This document shows positions 30,234 to 40,325 of a stretch of DNA of 64,000 nucleotides, piece by piece. A program made the position numbers and the translations under genes. The stretch's first letter is position 1. Every line of letters begins with the position of its first letter. The notes beneath the pieces were generated by a model. That model was not told where the DNA came from. It searched no databases and saw nothing but the letters and a program-made list of their open reading frames with translations. The stretch spans positions 48,794-112,793 of the forward strand of contig JAGXSE010000065.1 in NCBI GenBank assembly GCA_018333865.1, in the 5' to 3' direction. The stretch comes from Syntrophomonadaceae bacterium (GTDB lineage: Bacteria; Bacillota; PH28-bin88).

Positions 30234-31232
30234 GTGGCCACGATTATAAAACATCCCAATCAACAAAAGCAACCCGGCCTGAACAGACTGGCAAAACCTT
30301 GGAAAAAAAGAAAGAGCATCATTCTATTATTAATTGCAGTTATCCTCAGCTGGGCAATATGGACCAATGTAAAAGAAGCAGTTCTAAGCCGGATGGTTCC
30401 TGCTGTAGTTGTCTCAGAGGGCACCTTGCGGCGGCAGGTGCCTGTAGAAATATTGATTATCCGCGAGGAAAAAGTGGTTACAGCTCCTGCTGCCGGGATT
30501 TGGAGCCCATCTGCCAGGGATGGAGAGCGGGTCAAGGCTGGTGGAGTTTTGGCAAGCATTTCCCCTGTGCCAGGGATCACTTCCGGTGTTTCTGGTCCAG
30601 TACCGGTAATTGCTCCTGTGGCAGGAATTGTCCGCTATACCGTCGATGGGAAAGAAGAAGTGCTTTCGCCAAAAACAATTCTAACTTACGACTGGAACGC
30701 CATCAAAGAGATAGGAGCTTCTTACAGTCCAATTCAGCGCAAACCTGGAGAAGCTGTTATGCTCGGGCAAACAGTTGCCAAAATTGTTAATAATCTAGCT
30801 CCGCCGCTCTTTTTTGTGACTGCTCAGGAAGGCAGCTCGGCAGTGCCGCTTAAAGAGGGCAGGTCTGTAAAACTGGAGTGGCATGATGGTGCCTCTGTCG
30901 AGGCAAATGTGGTAAGATTTAGGAAGAGTGGGGCGGAGATTGATTATTTGCTGCAGGCCGTATCCTGGGATGAAACCCCCTCGGAGCGTAGGGCGGCAGG
31001 GAAAATGGTTATCGAACAGTGGCCCGGGGTTATTGTGCCGGAAGAGGCCATTGTAGTCAAACAGGGGAATGACGGAGTTTTGCTTGTTCGACCCCATGGT
31101 GTCATTTGGCATCCCGTTGAAATTAAGGGTAAGGTTGAAGGACAGGCAGCAGTTGTTGGATTGGCCGCAAAAACCAGGATAATTGCTGATCCGGCTATAT
31201 TTTTACGGAGCAATCAGCTGGAAGATGAATAA
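30234..31232 (+). CDS. membrane-anchored HlyD-like (barrel-sandwich) protein
   Basis: N-terminal TM helix then beta-rich lipoyl-like segments; GTG 30234 chosen just after pgeF stop. Confidence 0.4.
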   Translation: MATIIKHPNQQKQPGLNRLAKPWKKRKSIILLLIAVILSWAIWTNVKEAVLSRMVPAVVVSEGTLRRQVPVEILIIREEKVVTAPAAGIWSPSARDGERVKAGGVLASISPVPGITSGVSGPVPVIAPVAGIVRYTVDGKEEVLSPKTILTYDWNAIKEIGASYSPIQRKPGEAVMLGQTVAKIVNNLAPPLFFVTAQEGSSAVPLKEGRSVKLEWHDGASVEANVVRFRKSGAEIDYLLQAVSWDETPSERRAAGKMVIEQWPGVIVPEEAIVVKQGNDGVLLVRPHGVIWHPVEIKGKVEGQAAVVGLAAKTRIIADPAIFLRSNQLEDE

Positions 31233-31317
31233 TCTGCTATAAAAGCTTTTTCATAGGCGGCAGAAGGAAAAACAAGGTATGCCGTAGAAAAAAACAACAG
31301 CCTGGAGTGATGTCTGA

Positions 31318-32013
31318 ATGACAGGGCATCTGTCAGCAAACCTGTCTGATGTCAGGGAGCAGGTAAAAGAGGCCGCCTGCCGGTCAGGAATAATGCCTGA
31401 AGACATTGAGATAGTGGCGGTTACTAAAAATATTGGCATTCCTATCATGCAAGAAGCTCAGCTTTTGGGCATCAATTCTTTTGGAGAAAACCGGGCGCAG
31501 GAATTTGTGCAAAAATACCCCTCATTTAATGATTCTGTCCGCTGGCATTTTATTGGCCATCTGCAAACCAATAAAGCAAAACTGTTGATTGATAAGGTTG
31601 AATTGATTCATTCCCTTGACCGGCTTGCTTTGGCCAAGGAATTAAACTTGCGGGCTGCAGAAAAAGGGTTGTTGCTCAAGGTTCTTCTGCAGGTAAACAT
31701 TTCCGGCGAGGGCACCAAGTTTGGCCTGAAAGAAAAAGAAGTCTTGCCATTATTAGAGACTTTGCTGCCGATGACTAATTTGCGGGTGATGGGTCTAATG
31801 ACCATGGCGCCTGTTTCGGACCGGCCCGAAGAAGTAAGACCTGTGTTTACAGGCTTAAGAAAAATGGCAGAAAAGATTAGCCGTGAGGGCTTTCCGTTAG
31901 TGAAAATGAAATATCTTTCCATGGGAATGAGTCAGGACTATCAAGTGGCCATAGAAGAAGGGGCTAATATTATCAGAATCGGCAGCGGCATATTTGGTGC
32001 GCGCGGGGGATAA
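31318..32013 (+). CDS. yggS: YggS family pyridoxal phosphate homeostasis protein (YlmE)
   Basis: 231 aa; VAVTKN PLP-lysine motif and HFIGHLQTNK. Confidence 0.9.
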   Translation: MTGHLSANLSDVREQVKEAACRSGIMPEDIEIVAVTKNIGIPIMQEAQLLGINSFGENRAQEFVQKYPSFNDSVRWHFIGHLQTNKAKLLIDKVELIHSLDRLALAKELNLRAAEKGLLLKVLLQVNISGEGTKFGLKEKEVLPLLETLLPMTNLRVMGLMTMAPVSDRPEEVRPVFTGLRKMAEKISREGFPLVKMKYLSMGMSQDYQVAIEEGANIIRIGSGIFGARGG

Positions 32014-32030
32014 CTAAGGGGGGCAGGAAG

Positions 32031-32468
32031 ATGGGCAAATTAATGGACAAAGTATTGGGCTTTATGGGGGTAGAGGTAAAAGAAGCAGAGGATTTTGAAG
32101 AGGAGAGCCAGTCGTGGAGCGATGGATCTGTAAAACCTAACCGCAATAATGTTGTTGCCTTGCACAATTCCAGGCCGATCAAGATGATTGTAGTCAAACC
32201 AGTTGTTTTTGAACAGGTGCAGGTGATTTCCGATCACCTGAAGGCTCGTCGCCCGGTGATTATTAACCTTGAGGGGACAGAAAAGGACATTGCAAAACGG
32301 ATTTTGGATTTTGTCAGCGGTACAGCCTATGCCTTAAACGGCAGTATGCAAAAAATATCTCAATACATTTTTTTGTTTGTCCCGACTAACGTAGAAGTAA
32401 GTGGGGAGATGGCCGAGGAGGCTCGCAGCTACGGAGCATTTCACTGGGAAAGCCTGACTCGACCCTAA
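32031..32468 (+). CDS. sepF: cell division protein SepF
   Basis: 145 aa; conserved C-terminal SepF domain pattern. Confidence 0.9.
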   Translation: MGKLMDKVLGFMGVEVKEAEDFEEESQSWSDGSVKPNRNNVVALHNSRPIKMIVVKPVVFEQVQVISDHLKARRPVIINLEGTEKDIAKRILDFVSGTAYALNGSMQKISQYIFLFVPTNVEVSGEMAEEARSYGAFHWESLTRP

Positions 32469-32490
32469 TCAGCTGAAAGGATCAGAAAAA

Positions 32491-33303
32491 ATGGATGCTA
32501 AGATAGGCTTTATCGGGGCCGGGGCAATGGCTGAAGCACTGATCAGCGGACTTCTGCAGGCAAGAACTGTAGAACCCTCAAATATAATCATCAGTGAAAT
32601 AGCAGCTTCACGGCTTAACATCATGACAAAGCGTTACGGGATTTTGGCTGCAGACTCCAATTCCGACCTGGTACAAAAGGCTAGGACTGTGATATTGGCT
32701 GTTAAGCCCCAGGATCTCCGTGGGGTTTTGCATGGTTTAAACGGCAGTTTCTCAAATTGCCAGTTGGTTATTTCTATAGTAACAGGCATTACAATTGCAG
32801 AAATGGAGAGAATGTTGCCGGAAAAAACTGGCGTAATAAGGGTGGTTCCGAATACGCCTTGCCTTGTGGGAGAAGGGGTTTCTGTGATTTCTCTGGGCAG
32901 CAAAGCATTGCCGGAGCATCAGGAGATAGCGGAAAAATTGCTCCGCTCTGTTGGTCCGGTTTTTACCTTGCCTGAGAGAGATTTGGATGCAGTGACTGGT
33001 TTGAGTGGCAGTGGTCCTGCTTACATTTACTTGGTTATTGAAGCTTTAACTGATGCCGGAGTAAGGGTTGGGCTTAGCCGTCAGGCTGCCGGTATCCTTG
33101 CATACCAAACTGTTTTAGGTGCAGCCAAGATGGTAAGGGATACAGGGAAACACCCGGCAGAATTGAAAGATATGGTAACTTCTCCAGGCGGCACCACTAT
33201 TACCGGGCTGCACGTCCTTGAAGCTCGCGGAGTACGGGCAGCTTTAATGGATGCGGTTGTAGCAGCAACAGATAAAGCACGGGAATTACGCCAAAAGACA
33301 TGA
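32491..33303 (+). CDS. proC: pyrroline-5-carboxylate reductase
   Basis: IGFIGAGAMAEAL Rossmann start and ProC dimerisation-domain pattern. Confidence 0.9.
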   Translation: MDAKIGFIGAGAMAEALISGLLQARTVEPSNIIISEIAASRLNIMTKRYGILAADSNSDLVQKARTVILAVKPQDLRGVLHGLNGSFSNCQLVISIVTGITIAEMERMLPEKTGVIRVVPNTPCLVGEGVSVISLGSKALPEHQEIAEKLLRSVGPVFTLPERDLDAVTGLSGSGPAYIYLVIEALTDAGVRVGLSRQAAGILAYQTVLGAAKMVRDTGKHPAELKDMVTSPGGTTITGLHVLEARGVRAALMDAVVAATDKARELRQKT

Positions 33304-33321
33304 GATGGGGTGTGAATTTAA

Positions 33322-33585
33322 TTGGCTGATTTTATCAGGCTTGTAATGGTAGCTTTCCAGGTACTTTATTGGCTGATTATTGCCCGGGTAATCCTTTCTT
33401 TTTTCCGTTCACCATATAACCCGGTGACACGTTTTATTTATGAAATTACTGAACCAGTACTTGCTCCTTTTCGCCGGATCCTGCCAAAGGGGGGCATGAT
33501 CGATTTTTCCCCTTTTCTGGCTATTTTGTCCTTGAACCTGTTAGAATGGCTTTTGCTAAACCTCATTAGAAATATCTCTTATTAA
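33322..33585 (+). CDS. yggT: YggT family membrane protein (YlmG)
   Basis: 87 aa, two TM helices; position after proC/sepF. Confidence 0.75.
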   Translation: MADFIRLVMVAFQVLYWLIIARVILSFFRSPYNPVTRFIYEITEPVLAPFRRILPKGGMIDFSPFLAILSLNLLEWLLLNLIRNISY

Positions 33586-33757
33586 AAAGAGATTACAATT
33601 GGATTACCGGGAAAAACTACTAAGCCATGTTTGGGATCACCGTCTAACAATAGCAGGCTCGAATTGGAATCCTGTTCAGGAGTACTCCTGATTTTCTGGA
33701 GGAATCGGTAGCGCAATGTCGAATAAGTAAATAATCCCTGGTAAGGAGGTGTTGGTT

Positions 33758-34258
33758 TTGCCGTTAACTCCTGTGGACCTTCAGAGTGTTCAGTTCAGAA
33801 AGTCTTGGCGAGGCTATTGCTGTGACCAGGTAGATAGCTTCCTGCACAAGGCTACAAGGGATTATGAACTGGTTTATAAAGAAAACCTGGAGCTCAAGGA
33901 AAACGTCAGCAATATCCATGCTCTCCTAGATACTTATCGCCAAATGGAGGATACTTTAAAAAACACCTTGATTTTGGCGCAAAAATCTGCTGATGAGATC
34001 AGGAAACTAGCTGACCAGGAAGCTGAACTTATCATCAGGGAGGCTAAATCCCAGGCTGAAAATACTAAGGCATCGGCTGCCGCGCAAGTTGAAGAAAGAA
34101 TGCGTAAATACGAGGAAATGGTTAACAGAGCCGAAGCGTTTCGTGCCAATATGCGGGGTTTCTTATTAGCCCAACTGGATCTTTGGGATCCGGGCAGGCA
34201 GTCTTGCCAGGAAGCCGCTGCGGGCCGTTCGTCATGCCTCACTGACAGCAATGGGTAG
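33758..34258 (+). CDS. divIVA: cell division/polar scaffold protein DivIVA
   Basis: TTG 33758 gives canonical N-terminus (M)PLTPVDLQSVQF; coiled-coil body; AAGGAGG RBS 8 nt upstream. Confidence 0.85.
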   Translation: MPLTPVDLQSVQFRKSWRGYCCDQVDSFLHKATRDYELVYKENLELKENVSNIHALLDTYRQMEDTLKNTLILAQKSADEIRKLADQEAELIIREAKSQAENTKASAAAQVEERMRKYEEMVNRAEAFRANMRGFLLAQLDLWDPGRQSCQEAAAGRSSCLTDSNG

Positions 34259-34281
34259 GAAGGAGAATTAATAACACCTTA

Positions 34282-34923
34282 ATGGGCAACGAAAAAAAAA
34301 TTGGAGTTATATATGGTCCTGTACCAAGCGGAGAGCTATTAATGGATTACCTTTCCAATAAACAAGAGATAGCTTCATACACAGGTGTTTGGCGCGGACG
34401 GATTCTTGGCGAAGAAACTATCCTGGTTAGCTTGCCTCAGTGCGTTATCGAGCTGGAGGAAGTACTGAGGCTATTAATTTCCGAGGGAGTTGACAGGATT
34501 ATTTTCCTCGGCACTGCTCCGGTTTGTATGGCGTCTGCTGAAGAGTCCACAGGCCGTCCGGTAGAATTTATGATCAGCAATGAAGTGGTTTTTGCAGTTC
34601 AGGGAGAACTGGTAACAGTGCCAGCAGATAAGAAACTGGTTGATTTAGGTTTAGCTGCGGCGGAAAATATAGCCGAAACATGGAATATCCGTCTTCTGGC
34701 TGGCAAGCTGATCTCACCGGATATTCCGTTTAGTGTTGCAGAGGGGCCCTACTGTACAGATCGGGAGGCTATTACGGTGCATGAATCATGCTGGCGCAAT
34801 AACCTGTCCTTTGTAACGGTTATCATTAATCAGGACTTTATTCCCGAAGAGAATCAAACCAGCACAAAAGGGTTTTTGCTTATCAAGGGAATATTTGAAG
34901 GCATTCGAGACCTGCAACAATAG
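34282..34923 (+). CDS. hypothetical protein, distant PNP/UDP-phosphorylase-like pattern
   Basis: 213 aa; KIGVIYG start and spacing reminiscent of MTA/SAH nucleosidase N-termini; weak. Confidence 0.3.
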   Translation: MGNEKKIGVIYGPVPSGELLMDYLSNKQEIASYTGVWRGRILGEETILVSLPQCVIELEEVLRLLISEGVDRIIFLGTAPVCMASAEESTGRPVEFMISNEVVFAVQGELVTVPADKKLVDLGLAAAENIAETWNIRLLAGKLISPDIPFSVAEGPYCTDREAITVHESCWRNNLSFVTVIINQDFIPEENQTSTKGFLLIKGIFEGIRDLQQ

Positions 34924-34924
34924 T

Positions 34925-34953
34925 TTGACTATTCCCTCGCAGCTTAGTATAAT
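34925..34953 (+). promoter_or_regulatory. sigma-A-type promoter of ileS
   Basis: TTGACT at 34925-34930, 17-nt spacer, TATAAT at 34948-34953. Confidence 0.5.
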
Positions 34954-34985
34954 ACCTCTTATTGTACTTAGGAGTGGGTAGAGAA

Positions 34986-37772
34986 ATGGGATATGATCAG
35001 ACGCTGAATCTGCCAAAAACAGACTTTCCCATGCGGGGAAATCTGCCGCTAAAAGAACCGGAGATATTGCAGTTCTGGGAAGAAAAGAACATCTATCAGC
35101 TCGTGCAGCAATCAACTGCCGGCAAACCTAAGTTCATCCTGCATGACGGTCCTCCCTACGCCAATGGGGATATTCACTTAGGGACAACACTTAACAAAAT
35201 ACTGAAAGACATTATTGTTAAATTCCATTCCCTGACGGGGCATGATACTCCCTATGTGCCGGGTTGGGATACCCATGGTTTGCCGATTGAACAGCAAGTG
35301 ATCAAGAAACTCGGGATTGACCGCCACCGGGTAGATGTACAGGAATTCCGCAAGAATTGCAAGGATTATGCAATGAAATATGTGGGTGTTCAGCGGGAGC
35401 AGTTTAAGCGGTTAGGAGTTAGAGGGGACTGGGATCGGCCCTACCTGACCTTGGCGCCTGAATTCGAGGCAGTTCAGGTCGGCGTTTTTGGTGAAATGGC
35501 AAAAAAAGGGTTTATTTATAAAGGACTAAAACCTGTTTACTGGTGTACAGACTGTGAAACAGCCCTGGCTGAAGCCGAGGTTGATTACAGTGACAGGCGC
35601 TCACCCTCCGTTTATGTCAGGTTCCCGGTGAAAGCGGCTAATGGCCTGTTTTCCGAACAGGATGCCTATGTGGTGATCTGGACAACCACCCCATGGACTC
35701 TGCCTGCTAATGTCGCCATCGCGGTACATCCTGATTATGATTATGTGCTGGTTGAAGCTGGCAATCAGCGGTTAGTGATGGCAAAGCTTTTATATCAAGC
35801 TGTCCTGAAACTGACGGGGCAGGAGGAGACCAAGGTTTTGGCAGAGTGGAAAGGAAGTCAATTAGAAGGCATCGTCTGCCAGAACCCCCTCATGGAGAGG
35901 GATTCTGTGGTGGTATTGGGGGAACATGTTACCCTTGATCAGGGTACCGGCTGTGTACATACTGCCCCAGGCCATGGACAGGATGACTTTGAAATTGGCA
36001 AAAAATATAACCTGCCAGTAATTTCACCCCTCGATAACCGGGGCAGATTTACACATGAAGGCAAGCAATTCCAGGGGCTTTTTGTGGAAGATGCCAACAA
36101 GGCAATAGGTAAAGAATTGCAGGAAAAGGGAATGCTGCTTCACCTCGGTTTCGTGCAGCATCAATATCCCCATTGCTGGCGATGCAAAAAGCCTGTTCTA
36201 TTCAGGGCTACAGAGCAGTGGTTTGCATCGATTGACGGCTTCAGGCAGGAAGCACTGGAAGCAATAAAAAATGTCAGGTGGATTCCTGCCTGGGGACAAG
36301 AGCGAATTCACAGCATGGTTGCCGAGCGGGGAGATTGGTGCATTTCCAGACAGCGGACCTGGGGTGTCCCGATTCCGATCTTCTATTGCGACGCATGCAA
36401 TGAGGTCATTATTAACGATCAGACAATCACTCACATCCAAAACCTGTTCCGCCAGCATGGTTCAGATATCTGGTTCAGTTCCAAGGCAGATGACCTGACA
36501 CCGTCCGGCTTAAGGTGCGGCAACTGCAGCCACACCCAATTCAGAAAAGAAACAGATATTATGGATGTCTGGTTTGATTCCGGTTCCAGCCATGCTGCTG
36601 TCCTGGAAACCCGTCCGGATCTGCAGTGGCCGGCAGACCTTTACCTGGAGGGAAGCGATCAACACAGGGGTTGGTTTAACTCATCCCTGTCCACCTCGGT
36701 AGCAACCAGAGGGCTTCCTCCCTACCATGCAGTCTTAACCCATGGATATGTGGTGGATGAGCAGGGCCGCAAAATGTCCAAGTCTCTGGGTAATGGCATC
36801 GACCCAATGGATGTCATCAAGGAAATGGGTGCTGATATTTTACGATTATGGGTAGCCTCCGCCGACTACAGGAGAGATGTGGCTGCTTCTCCCAACATCA
36901 TGAAACAGATGGTGGAAGCCTACCGGAAAATACGCAATACCTGCCGCTTTCTTTTAAGCAACCTTTATGATTTCGACCCTGTTCGCTACCAGGTTTCTTA
37001 CCACGAAATGGAAGAGCTTGACCGATGGGCTTTAATGCGCTTGCACCAGTTGATCCGCCGGGTTACCCAAGCCTACCGTGATTATGAATTCCATGTCGTT
37101 TATCATGCAATGCATAACTTTTGTGTAGTTGATATGAGCGCTGTTTACCTGGATATCATCAAAGACAGACTGTATATCATGCCACCAGGTAGCAAAGCCC
37201 GCCGGGCTGCCCAGACTGTAATCCACGAAATAATCACTTCCCTGGTCAGGATGCTAACCCCTGTACTTGCTTTTACCAGCGAGGAGATCTGGCAGCACCT
37301 GCCTGAAACCAAAGGAAAGCCGGAAAGCGTTCAACTGGCTGGCTGGCCTGAGGTTAAACAGGAGTATTTTTCGGAGGAGTTAGAGCATAAGTGGGGCCGC
37401 TTAATGGAGGTCCGCAGCGAAGTAGCCCGTTGCCTGGAAAAGGCTCGAAAGGAAAAGCTGATCGGCAGTTCATTGCAAGCTGAGGTGCTTCTCTACGCCC
37501 TGGATGAAACAGCATACGGTTTTTTGAAATCTAATGAAGGCCTGCTAAATACCCTTTTTATTACCTCCCATGTCCATGTCTACCGGCCGGGTTCCGAGGT
37601 GCCGGAAGCTCTTGAGAACTCTGAGGAAATAAGCGGCTTTAAAGTTTTAGTCCAAAAGGCCAAAGGCGAGAAATGCGAGCGCTGCTGGATGTTTAGCCAG
37701 ACCGTTGGCGGGGATGCGAAACATCCTGTCCTTTGCTCCAGGTGTGCTCAGGTAGTGCAATCCCTGGCTTAA
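34986..37772 (+). CDS. ileS: isoleucine--tRNA ligase
   Basis: Class I HIGH motif (PPYANGDIHLGT), KMSKS, C-terminal zinc knuckle CERCW...CSRC; start could be TTG 34962. Confidence 0.95.
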   Translation: MGYDQTLNLPKTDFPMRGNLPLKEPEILQFWEEKNIYQLVQQSTAGKPKFILHDGPPYANGDIHLGTTLNKILKDIIVKFHSLTGHDTPYVPGWDTHGLPIEQQVIKKLGIDRHRVDVQEFRKNCKDYAMKYVGVQREQFKRLGVRGDWDRPYLTLAPEFEAVQVGVFGEMAKKGFIYKGLKPVYWCTDCETALAEAEVDYSDRRSPSVYVRFPVKAANGLFSEQDAYVVIWTTTPWTLPANVAIAVHPDYDYVLVEAGNQRLVMAKLLYQAVLKLTGQEETKVLAEWKGSQLEGIVCQNPLMERDSVVVLGEHVTLDQGTGCVHTAPGHGQDDFEIGKKYNLPVISPLDNRGRFTHEGKQFQGLFVEDANKAIGKELQEKGMLLHLGFVQHQYPHCWRCKKPVLFRATEQWFASIDGFRQEALEAIKNVRWIPAWGQERIHSMVAERGDWCISRQRTWGVPIPIFYCDACNEVIINDQTITHIQNLFRQHGSDIWFSSKADDLTPSGLRCGNCSHTQFRKETDIMDVWFDSGSSHAAVLETRPDLQWPADLYLEGSDQHRGWFNSSLSTSVATRGLPPYHAVLTHGYVVDEQGRKMSKSLGNGIDPMDVIKEMGADILRLWVASADYRRDVAASPNIMKQMVEAYRKIRNTCRFLLSNLYDFDPVRYQVSYHEMEELDRWALMRLHQLIRRVTQAYRDYEFHVVYHAMHNFCVVDMSAVYLDIIKDRLYIMPPGSKARRAAQTVIHEIITSLVRMLTPVLAFTSEEIWQHLPETKGKPESVQLAGWPEVKQEYFSEELEHKWGRLMEVRSEVARCLEKARKEKLIGSSLQAEVLLYALDETAYGFLKSNEGLLNTLFITSHVHVYRPGSEVPEALENSEEISGFKVLVQKAKGEKCERCWMFSQTVGGDAKHPVLCSRCAQVVQSLA

Positions 37773-37786
37773 AATTTTTAAACCTT

Positions 37787-37814
37787 CTCCGGCTCTTGGC
37801 CGGAGTTTTTTTTT
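37787..37814 (+). terminator. rho-independent terminator after ileS
   Basis: Stem CTCCGGC/GCCGGAG followed by a 9-T run. Confidence 0.7.
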
Positions 37815-37911
37815 GGTGAAATAAAGCCAAATGTTTAAACGACTTAACTGAATTACTTTATTTTTGACCGAGCATACTAATTATCAGCAGCTGGCGGAAG
37901 GTGAAATCGGC

Positions 37912-38544
37912 ATGCTCAATTGCAAGGACCAGAATTTTGATAAAAGGCTCATCCCCATAGGTATCCCCGTTGGAATATCCAACAGGCATGTCCATTTGAC
38001 CCAACAGGATCTGGATGAACTGTTTGGTTCTAACCATCAATTAACTGCCTTTAAAAAGCTTTCCCAACCGGGAGAATATGCTTCCCAGGAAGTAGTCACT
38101 CTTGTTGGTCCCCGGGGAGTTTTGGAGGGCGTCAGGATCCTTGGACCTCCCCGCAGCTACAGCCAGATAGAAATTTCCATGACCGATGCCTATCGAATAG
38201 GGTTGCGTCCTCCGGTAAGGGATTCCGGAGAACTGGCAGGAACTCCCGGTATTGCCATTGTTGGGCAAAAAGGAGCCCAGGCTCTGAAAGAAGGAGTGAT
38301 CCTGGCCGCACGCCATATCCATATGAGTCCTGCCCAAGCTAAAGAACTGGGAGTACAAAAGGGTGACAAAGTTCTGGTCTACGTTAATGGGAAGCGAGGC
38401 TGCATTTTGGAAAATGTGCTGATTAGGGTCCACGAAAAATTTGTGCTGGAAATGCATATCGATACCGATGAAGCAAACTGTTCCCTGATCAAGAATGGCG
38501 ATGAAGTCCACATTGTCAGAAACGGCAATATTCTTCTGCAATGA
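37912..38544 (+). CDS. pduL: phosphate acyltransferase PduL family (paralog 1)
   Basis: Two PduL repeats with GISNRHVHL and ARHIHMS motifs; ATG 37912 with AAGGTG RBS (ORF track start 37864). Confidence 0.8.
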   Translation: MLNCKDQNFDKRLIPIGIPVGISNRHVHLTQQDLDELFGSNHQLTAFKKLSQPGEYASQEVVTLVGPRGVLEGVRILGPPRSYSQIEISMTDAYRIGLRPPVRDSGELAGTPGIAIVGQKGAQALKEGVILAARHIHMSPAQAKELGVQKGDKVLVYVNGKRGCILENVLIRVHEKFVLEMHIDTDEANCSLIKNGDEVHIVRNGNILLQ

Positions 38545-38837
38545 CACAGACGAATAGTCTATTGGATGAATTGAATAAAAAAATAGATATGGTTATGATT
38601 GAACTCCATAAAGCCGGTATAGCCGAATATGTGGAAATGATGCATAGGCCAGGAAGGGTTTTAGCAGTTAATTTTCTGGCGGGTATTGCCCGGGGAATTG
38701 GCATGGCGATAGGTTTCGCCCTTTTAGGGGCTTTGGCAATCATTATACTAAGGAAGCTGGTTGTTTTGAACTTACCTGTAATCAGTGATTTTATTGCCGA
38801 ATTAATCAAAATGGTCCAGTTCCAGATGAAACTATAA
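38541..38837 (+). CDS. hypothetical small membrane protein
   Basis: 98 aa with one hydrophobic stretch; start overlaps pduL stop. Confidence 0.4.
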   Translation: MTQTNSLLDELNKKIDMVMIELHKAGIAEYVEMMHRPGRVLAVNFLAGIARGIGMAIGFALLGALAIIILRKLVVLNLPVISDFIAELIKMVQFQMKL

Positions 38838-38858
38838 AATGGGGAGACGGGGTGTTTT

Positions 38859-39611
38859 GTGAACTACCAGAAACGTCATCGGCAGCAATTAATTATGGCG
38901 AAAAAAGAAGCCGGCAGAATTATTCAGGGTCTTGACTGGCAGGGGCTTTCCCTTCCATTGCAGGAAACTGTTTCAGAACTTTCCGGCTACGATAACCACC
39001 CGGGAGATTTAGCCAGCGAAACCTTTGAACGGAGCAAGGATTTGGCTTTGCGAGCCTTGGCCGTAAAAAGGATGGAAAAAATTGAAAAGGCACTGGATCG
39101 CATGGATGCCGGTATTTATGGCAAATGCCTTGCTTGTGGAAAAGAAATACCAGAAGCCCGGCTGGAAGCTGAACCCGAAGCCGAGTTTTGTATTCAATGC
39201 TTTGACGGGATGGATTTGCCGGACCGGCACCTAAGGCCGATCGAGGAAGATGTCATTAGCCCTCCCTATGGCGGCCTCAACCATGATCGCTCTGCCAGGG
39301 AAGAGCCCGATGGAGAAGATGAAGTAATGTTTGACGGTGAAGACACCTGGCAAATCCTGGCCCGCTGGAATGAACATGCAGAAACCGCCCAATCCGGCTC
39401 TTATTATGGCGGATCAGATCTGGATGAAGACCAGGGTAGTGTGGATAATGTGGAGGCTATTCCTTATTATAAGGGTGCGGATGGCATGTTTTATGAGAGT
39501 CTTGGCGATTATAACGATGAAGATGCCCCCGGTGAAAAAACGGTTGGAGATGAGGGGTGGGACCGGGCTCGGAAAAAACCGCAAGCTAGAAAATTCAGGG
39601 TAGAAAAATAA
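38859..39611 (+). CDS. yteA: TraR/DksA family zinc-finger protein (YteA-like)
   Basis: C4 zinc finger CLACGKEIP...CIQCF; acidic C-terminal tail. Confidence 0.7.
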   Translation: MNYQKRHRQQLIMAKKEAGRIIQGLDWQGLSLPLQETVSELSGYDNHPGDLASETFERSKDLALRALAVKRMEKIEKALDRMDAGIYGKCLACGKEIPEARLEAEPEAEFCIQCFDGMDLPDRHLRPIEEDVISPPYGGLNHDRSAREEPDGEDEVMFDGEDTWQILARWNEHAETAQSGSYYGGSDLDEDQGSVDNVEAIPYYKGADGMFYESLGDYNDEDAPGEKTVGDEGWDRARKKPQARKFRVEK

Positions 39612-39850
39612 TTAAAGAGTCTGAATGAATAGTATAAAGGATGGAATCACACTCAGGGGAGCGGCTCACGGCCCCTTTTCTTATGCATTCAACTTGGCTT
39701 TGGCTGCAGGGGGGGAAGTAGAGTGGCTAGCTACCCATGATAAATGCGTGCTATTTAATTAAGGATAGTTGGGCTTTCATCAGTTATGCTTTGTTGTTTA
39801 TCCTTTTACGGTATGGTAAAATTAACACACTGATCTTGCCGTGGGGAGAG

Positions 39851-40312
39851 ATGGAAGTGTCAGCTTTACTTATAGCTGCAGCAGTATTATTATTTGATCA
39901 GTTAAGTAAATGGATTATCCAGCATACGATGGAAATCGGCCAATCCATCCCGGTGATTACAAATATTTTTCACATCACATACTGGCGCAATCCTGGGGCT
40001 GCTTTCGGCATCCTGGCATTTCATACTAATTTTTTTATCATTGTAGGCATCCTGGTGTCTCTGGTTCTGATCGTAGTTTTGCTGAAACTGCCTCCGGGCA
40101 GAAGCCTGCTTAAAATAGCTTTATCCCTGCAGTTGGGAGGCGCAGCCGGCAATCTAATTGATAGAATGCGTACAGGTTATGTAACAGATTTTTTTGATTT
40201 CCGTGTCTGGCCTGTTTTTAATATCGCTGACAGCGCAATTGTTGTTGGCGTGATACTTCTGTCCTGGGTTCTCCTGATTGCGCCAGAAACAAACCCGAAC
40301 CCAAATGGTTGA
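39851..40312 (+). CDS. lspA: lipoprotein signal peptidase II
   Basis: N-terminus matches Bacillus LspA layout; NPGAAFGIL and FNIADSAIVVG motifs; ORF track start 39737 would add a 38-aa extension. Confidence 0.85.
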   Translation: MEVSALLIAAAVLLFDQLSKWIIQHTMEIGQSIPVITNIFHITYWRNPGAAFGILAFHTNFFIIVGILVSLVLIVVLLKLPPGRSLLKIALSLQLGGAAGNLIDRMRTGYVTDFFDFRVWPVFNIADSAIVVGVILLSWVLLIAPETNPNPNG

Positions 40313-40325
40313 GGTGAAAAAATTG

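Noticed and set aside
30299-30790. 163-aa Cys-rich plus-strand ORF in an alternative frame inside the HlyD-like gene
   Set aside because: Out of frame with the better-supported gene, no RBS, and composition typical of an off-frame translation.
34924-34985. Possible T-box riboswitch leader upstream of ileS
   Set aside because: The leader is only about 60 nt and is occupied by a promoter; too short for a T-box.
37864-37911. Longer N-terminus for PduL paralog 1 starting at TTG 37864
   Set aside because: ATG 37912 has a well-spaced AAGGTG RBS and gives a length matching paralog 2; the upstream extension has no RBS. Not excluded.
39737-39850. 38-aa N-terminal extension of LspA from the ORF-track start
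   Set aside because: No canonical start with RBS at 39737; the shorter protein from 39851 matches Bacillus LspA length and N-terminal layout.
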